The translations under genes were made by a program, and so were the position numbers. Positions 59,966 to 64,000 of a stretch of DNA of 64,000 nt are shown in pieces. The notes under the pieces are model-generated. The model saw nothing but the letters and a program-made list of their open reading frames with translations, did no database searches and had not been told where the DNA came from. How positions within the stretch are numbered: the stretch's first letter is position 1; each line of letters opens with the position of its first letter. The stretch covers positions 96,001 through 160,000 of the forward strand of contig CAXXMB010000001.1 of the NCBI GenBank assembly GCA_963668675.2. Direction: 5' to 3'. The stretch is from an uncultured Desulfatitalea sp. (GTDB taxonomy: Bacteria; Desulfobacterota; Desulfobacteria; Desulfobacterales; Desulfosarcinaceae).

Positions 59966-61953
59966 CGGGTCATCACCTTATGCCGCGGTCGAATCGTTTC
60001 GGCGCATCCAGGTTCGAGTTCGGCCTTGGAAAGATCGGCATCCGCTTGAACCACCCTGGCCGTTCCCAGTATCCGGCAATCTTTTCCGAGGGGTTTTCCC
60101 GTAGCGGGATGGCGCACCGGTCGATCTTCATAGATCATGATGTGCCGCTGGGCTCGAATTTTTTTGCTTCCGAGATCGGTCATGATGACGTTGTCATGCC
60201 GGTCGACGACCATACCATCCACCAGCGGGAACTCACGATGTATCTTGAGGGCCAGTATCTTGGCCAGATCTTTCAGGCCGGCCATGCTTTTCTCTTCGCC
60301 ATAGGCGTCGGTCATCACCAGGATTTCCGAAGTCTCGCTGTCGATGACCCTCCCGATAATTTCGATGCCGGTGCGGGTCTCCACAATGCTGCCTGCCACG
60401 ATGGCATGGGCTGCGGCGAGCCGACCGAGGCGCACCGCCGTTGGCCGGTCGATCAGCCGGCTGCGGCTGATGTTTTGCTCTTGGAGAATCTGTTCGAGCA
60501 TATCGCGTTCGATCAACTGGAAGCGATCGAGCTGCACCAGCTGATGGATGAAGTTGTCCTGAAAAGCGAAACTGATATCGGAAACATCGCCGCTACGCTC
60601 GAAAGCAAAGACGCTCATGCGAAGTCTTTCGCTCAAAAGCCGTACTTTGGGCGTCCTGCGCTCTATCACGATCTGTTCGATCGCCGTGTTGCCTGAGGCA
60701 TCTTCAGCCTCGATGCTGATCCGGTTGATCCCCTCTGTGAGCCGCAAGAAGTGGGAGAAAAGAACCATGGCGCCGGGGTGCGGCAACACCGGCGTTCCAT
60801 TGATCTTCAACCCGGTCACCCGGCCACTGTCTCTAACGCTCCCGGAGAGCACCACCTGATCCATATAGATGACTTGCGACGCTTGCCAATCTCCCAGCCG
60901 AATCTGCGGTGGGGTACGATCCCGTCCACCGAAAATCCCTGCCAGTACAAGGTTCGAGGGTACAGCCGCTATCAGCGGCGCTTCGGTTCGAGAGGTCTTC
61001 AGCGCGTCGGATGCGATGGGGACCACCGTAGTATTGCCCAAACGATCCGATGCACGAAAAACGATGCTCTTCATGCCGTGGGGCACCCGGTGACTGAAGG
61101 TCGAGCGGGTGCCGGCTTCAGTATCCACCCTCTCTTCATTGAGCGACAGGGTCGCAATACCGGCCTCGTCAAACAGAACCCCCTTAAACACAATGTCATC
61201 GTTGGTTCGCTGCACGCTCTCTACGATCACCAGGGGGCCCTGGCGGTCCACGTGGATCGAGATCGTTCGGGTCGTCTCTATCCCGGCCAGATTGGTCGCT
61301 GTCACCGCGATGGCATGATGCCCCTGCGGGAGGGTCAACCTCTTTTCGAAGAGACGCCTCTTCGTCGTCCCCTCCAGGTAGAGCGGTATGCCGGCCACGG
61401 AAATGGCAGCCACATAGTTCGGATCCCGGATGAGTCCGCTTACCACAACCGGATCGTCGCTGGTCCTGTATATGCCTTCGGAAATAGAGGTCACAATCAG
61501 TTCCGGCGGGACTACCCGTTCACCTGAACGCAGGATATACGCTTTGCGGACAAGATCCAGATAGTAGCGCGCCTTGGCACTGGGATATTGGGAGATGGAT
61601 TGCTCCAACTCACGGCGGGCAGCTTCCAGGTCGCCCTCTAACCAGTGGATGACGCCCAACTCGCGGTGGGGAAAGTAGTCGATGAAGTGCATGCCATAGG
61701 TGCGCGCCATGCGCCGGTCGCCGTCGCGTTGGGTTAAAGCGGCTGCCAGGTCTCGTTTGGCGGCATCATACACCTGTTGATCCGCGCCTTCCAGCGCCCT
61801 GGCATAATAGTTCCACCAGCGATGGCGAAATATAGCGCCGTAGGTGGCGTGTTCGTCATCATTCCCGGCCGGTGTCCTAAGGCAGCCTGACAAGAGGGCG
61901 ATGAGAACCGCGACAAATGCGATCCTGGCGATGCGGGCGTTCAACCGATTCAT
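59962..61953 (-). CDS. Lipoprotein with TPR, Ig-like repeats and C-terminal CsgG-like domain
   Basis: Lipobox LLSGC; TPR (HRELGV...LEAARRELEQS); repeats ATNLAG/ASDRLGN/AEDASGN; RFQLIER...LGRLAAA...IDSETSEI; start uncertain (61953/61989/62016); stop overlaps the sigma start. Confidence 0.8.
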   Translation of the reverse strand: MNRLNARIARIAFVAVLIALLSGCLRTPAGNDDEHATYGAIFRHRWWNYYARALEGADQQVYDAAKRDLAAALTQRDGDRRMARTYGMHFIDYFPHRELGVIHWLEGDLEAARRELEQSISQYPSAKARYYLDLVRKAYILRSGERVVPPELIVTSISEGIYRTSDDPVVVSGLIRDPNYVAAISVAGIPLYLEGTTKRRLFEKRLTLPQGHHAIAVTATNLAGIETTRTISIHVDRQGPLVIVESVQRTNDDIVFKGVLFDEAGIATLSLNEERVDTEAGTRSTFSHRVPHGMKSIVFRASDRLGNTTVVPIASDALKTSRTEAPLIAAVPSNLVLAGIFGGRDRTPPQIRLGDWQASQVIYMDQVVLSGSVRDSGRVTGLKINGTPVLPHPGAMVLFSHFLRLTEGINRISIEAEDASGNTAIEQIVIERRTPKVRLLSERLRMSVFAFERSGDVSDISFAFQDNFIHQLVQLDRFQLIERDMLEQILQEQNISRSRLIDRPTAVRLGRLAAAHAIVAGSIVETRTGIEIIGRVIDSETSEILVMTDAYGEEKSMAGLKDLAKILALKIHREFPLVDGMVVDRHDNVIMTDLGSKKIRAQRHIMIYEDRPVRHPATGKPLGKDCRILGTARVVQADADLSKAELEPGCAETIRPRHKVMTR

Positions 61954-62023
61954 AAGTGGCAGATCGTATAAGGTTGTTTCAATATCCATCTTAACGGGTT
62001 TGGCCAGTGGGGCCACATGATCA

Positions 62024-62052
62024 ATAGACGCACCACATCTTCATCTCTTGCA
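62024..62052 (-). promoter_or_regulatory. Candidate ECF promoter, copy 1 (upstream of the lipoprotein operon)
   Basis: TGCAAGA-N15-CGTCTAT on the minus strand. Confidence 0.65.
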
Positions 62053-62174
62053 CGACACGCTGTGTTGAGGATGCGAACCTTGTGATTCCGCCAAGCGTAG
62101 CAGATTATCCGACGATCGTACAGGCAGGGGCGCAGCGGAGGGCAAAGGACTAGTTGGTTACAATTGTTCGACAT

Positions 62175-62214
62175 AAAAAAAGGCTGATTCAGCCGGGTCG
62201 GCCGAGTCAGCCTT
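62175..62214 (-). terminator. Rho-independent terminator after the Zn-ribbon microprotein
   Basis: Minus strand AGGCTGACTCGGCCG-ACC-CGGCTGAATCAGCC followed by T7. Confidence 0.8.
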
Positions 62215-62237
62215 GGGATACTCTTTGTGGATGGTCA

Positions 62238-62414
62238 CTACCTTGCAAAAGACCAGGGATCGAATGTGTCTTTTCCTTCGCGCCGCTCCAGGCTCGGATC
62301 GATCACGGTGTTAAAGGCCGAACGGGCGCTGTGCTCGTCACAACCATTGGGACAGACCAATTTGCCATCCCTTTTTTTGAAAAGAATTTTTTTGCATACA
62401 GGGCAATTTTTCAT
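62238..62414 (-). CDS. 58-aa zinc-ribbon microprotein (below ORF-track cutoff)
   Basis: Hand translation MKNCPVCKKILFKKRDGKLVCPNGCDEHSARSAFNTVIDPSLERREGKDTFDPWSFAR; GAGGTG RBS; own terminator. Confidence 0.75.
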   Translation of the reverse strand: MKNCPVCKKILFKKRDGKLVCPNGCDEHSARSAFNTVIDPSLERREGKDTFDPWSFAR

Positions 62415-62526
62415 GATATCACCTCAATTCCGCTATCTGCAGCTCACCGGCGCCTCTATGCTCAGCATCGGCAACCTTTGGAAGTCCGCATGAGATTGTA
62501 CTGTGTTGCAACACGCTGCTAAATAC

Positions 62527-62681
62527 GATTACCCCCTAAAAAGCCGCTCATTCGTTATGCCGGACCTGCTCCGGCATCCGGAAGCCATTGAAAAGACTGG
62601 ATAGCGCTAAATCTTCAATGCGTGCCCGGCTTTAGCCGGAAGGACGGAAAAAGCACTTTTGGGACTTTTTACGGGCGCATC
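62527..62681. mobile_element. Degenerate MITE-like repeat sharing its core with the 46292-46435 element
   Basis: 62597-62646 reverse complement CGTCCTTCCGGCTAAAGCCGGGCACGCATTGAAGATTTAGCGCTATCCAG aligns to 46321-46370; imperfect ends GATTACCCCCTAAAAAGCC / GACTTTTTACGGGCGCATC. Confidence 0.6.
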
Positions 62682-62692
62682 CGTTATAAGCC

Positions 62693-62708
62693 AGCAAAAT
62701 TTGAGCCA
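62693..62708 (-). promoter_or_regulatory. sigma54 -24/-12 promoter candidate
   Basis: Minus strand TGGCTCAAATTTTGCT = GG-N10-GC with TTGCT, pointing at the 58-aa ORF. Confidence 0.6.
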
Positions 62709-62868
62709 CAACTATATGTGTAATTGTATCGGATAGTTATATTATATAGAAGGATGAAATAGGAAGAAAAGGAGCTATTTCTTCGGTTGTTTGGGTTAGA
62801 GGTGGGAAGCCAATCACACAAAGATGCGACATCATTTGTCTGTTATTTCAGACCACCCTCAGACGTTT

Positions 62869-63108
62869 TCATCGAACAAGTTTGATGTAAGCATAGTCGC
62901 CGAAACGCAGCCCCAGTCTGCCCTGCTCGATATAGACCCGCGCTGTGTCGTTGCCTGTTTCGTCGTCACGGTCATCGTTGGCGATGTAGCCGCCATCGGG
63001 AAACCGGGTCGAGGGCATCAAAATTTGCGATTCGCCCTCGGTGACGGTGATCTCGGCCGGTGCGAACGGTGAGGCCGCCTGGGCCGGAGTGGTGTAACAT
63101 AGAATCAA
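62869..63108 (-). other. Short ORF, possible gene fragment
   Basis: 79 codons with coding-like GC3 bias; TTG start, no clear RBS, no family recognised. Confidence 0.3.
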
Positions 63109-63138
63109 AAATGGTGTGGATCCGTTTGCAGGGTACCG

Positions 63139-63396
63139 TCACATGTTTCGTTCCTCCAACTGAATCAACAGCTTTTCAAGATCTTTAGAGAGGGGCATGC
63201 ACCACGGAACGCGCTGCAGCCAGAAGTGGTGCAGTTGGGCGATGCAGCGTTTGGTAGAGGGCCGGTTTCCCGCTTCAATCTCGGTAAGCAGATGCGCCAG
63301 GTAGCCGTGTGCCTGGGATTCGACGCTCTGTCCGTCCAAGGATATCGATTCGGTGCGGTCGATGAGAGCGCGGATGGTTTCGATCACTTCGTCCAT
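63139..63396 (-). CDS. Small hypothetical protein
   Basis: 85 aa; GAGGAG RBS; 16 bp downstream of the CoA transferase; helical, FWLQRVPWC...LSKDLEKL. Confidence 0.7.
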   Translation of the reverse strand: MDEVIETIRALIDRTESISLDGQSVESQAHGYLAHLLTEIEAGNRPSTKRCIAQLHHFWLQRVPWCMPLSKDLEKLLIQLEERNM

Positions 63397-63412
63397 GGCT
63401 CCTCATAGCCGA

Positions 63413-64000
63413 TTAGTCCGCTTTTCGCAATGCACGGTGCGCCTCCTGCCGGCTTTCATAGATGTGGGGCGCCACGCCCCGATCTTTCAAAGCGCCACCG
63501 ATTTTCATGCGCAGGAACGCGCTGGTGGTGTAGCGGGTGACGTCGGAGTAGAAGCGCTCCACGACCCGTTTGACCATCTCCGAGTAGTGCTCGACCAGTT
63601 CGGGTGAGATGTCGAAGTTGTCGTAGTTGACGATGGTGTGGACCTTGCGTCCCAACGGTGCGACGATCTCCGTGACGGCGGTTTCGATCTCCGCGATGGT
63701 CTCTACGGAGCGGACGGCCAGGCCCTCGAAGTTGACGAAGAAGATGTTCTCTTCAGGATCGTAGGCCAGACGCTGGCGCAGCGGGATGGTCATCAGGTGC
63801 TGCCTCAGCTCCATGGGCTCGGGCTTGAAAATGCGAATATCCATCAGGGCCGGTGGTTGACGGATCACCGGCTGAAACGCCATCTGCTCCAGGATGTGGT
63901 GTTTGAGGTCGATGCCCGGCGCAATTTCCACCAACTCCATGCCCCTTGCCGTCAGAGCGAAGACGCAGCGTTCGGTAACGTATAGAACCGGCTGCTTCTT
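63413..64000 (-). CDS. Acyl-CoA:acetate/3-ketoacid (propionate) CoA transferase, 3' part, with C-terminal extension
   Basis: Frame open to the window edge: QPVLYVTERCVFALTARGMELVEIAPGIDL...ILEQMAFQP. Confidence 0.85.
   Translation of the reverse strand, partial: KKQPVLYVTERCVFALTARGMELVEIAPGIDLKHHILEQMAFQPVIRQPPALMDIRIFKPEPMELRQHLMTIPLRQRLAYDPEENIFFVNFEGLAVRSVETIAEIETAVTEIVAPLGRKVHTIVNYDNFDISPELVEHYSEMVKRVVERFYSDVTRYTTSAFLRMKIGGALKDRGVAPHIYESRQEAHRALRKAD

Noticed and set aside
1..64000. CRISPR arrays, tRNA, rRNA, riboswitches
   Set aside because: No regularly spaced direct repeats or recognisable RNA motifs found by eye in any intergenic region; an Infernal/tRNAscan run would be needed to exclude weak hits

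Overview
A gene-dense chromosomal window from a GC-rich anaerobic bacterium. Gene content suggests Desulfobacterota, probably Desulfobacterales (inference). No rRNA, tRNA, CRISPR array, integrase or transposase was seen. Left to right it contains: narI and a TDT transporter; two DHOD-like paralogs flanking a core-MetE/MesB-like gene; a Zn-dehydrogenase and a TPP enzyme; an AT-richer block with a sigma54-type promoter, a fimU-pilW-pilV-pilX-pilY1 cassette and an NdvB-like glucan synthase; an orphan VgrG with a HEAT-repeat partner; an atypical acyl-CoA ligase; three ABC importers, two EamA exporters and a DcaP porin; a beta-keto-acid operon (XRE-cupin, BKACE, acetoacetate-CoA ligase, AtoE) next to a SphA-like porin; a Rossmann-PAS kinase, NtrC-type regulator, archaemetzincin and Cys-rich GcvH-like module; a stand-alone YcaO; and the 3' end of a CoA transferase. 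The best candidate for an undescribed system is the minus-strand operon at 56101-62052. It encodes a TPR/Ig/CsgG-like lipoprotein, an ECF sigma factor, a soluble zinc anti-sigma and a membrane-anchored CHAT (caspase-like) protease whose outer part carries a paralogous CsgG-like domain. The same motif, TGCAAGA-N15-CGTCYAT, precedes both the lipoprotein and the anti-sigma. This looks like a trans-envelope, CRISPR-independent counterpart of the Craspase protease/anti-sigma/sigma logic. Also found: two Zn-ribbon microproteins below the ORF cutoff and a MITE nested in another repeat with a TA duplication.
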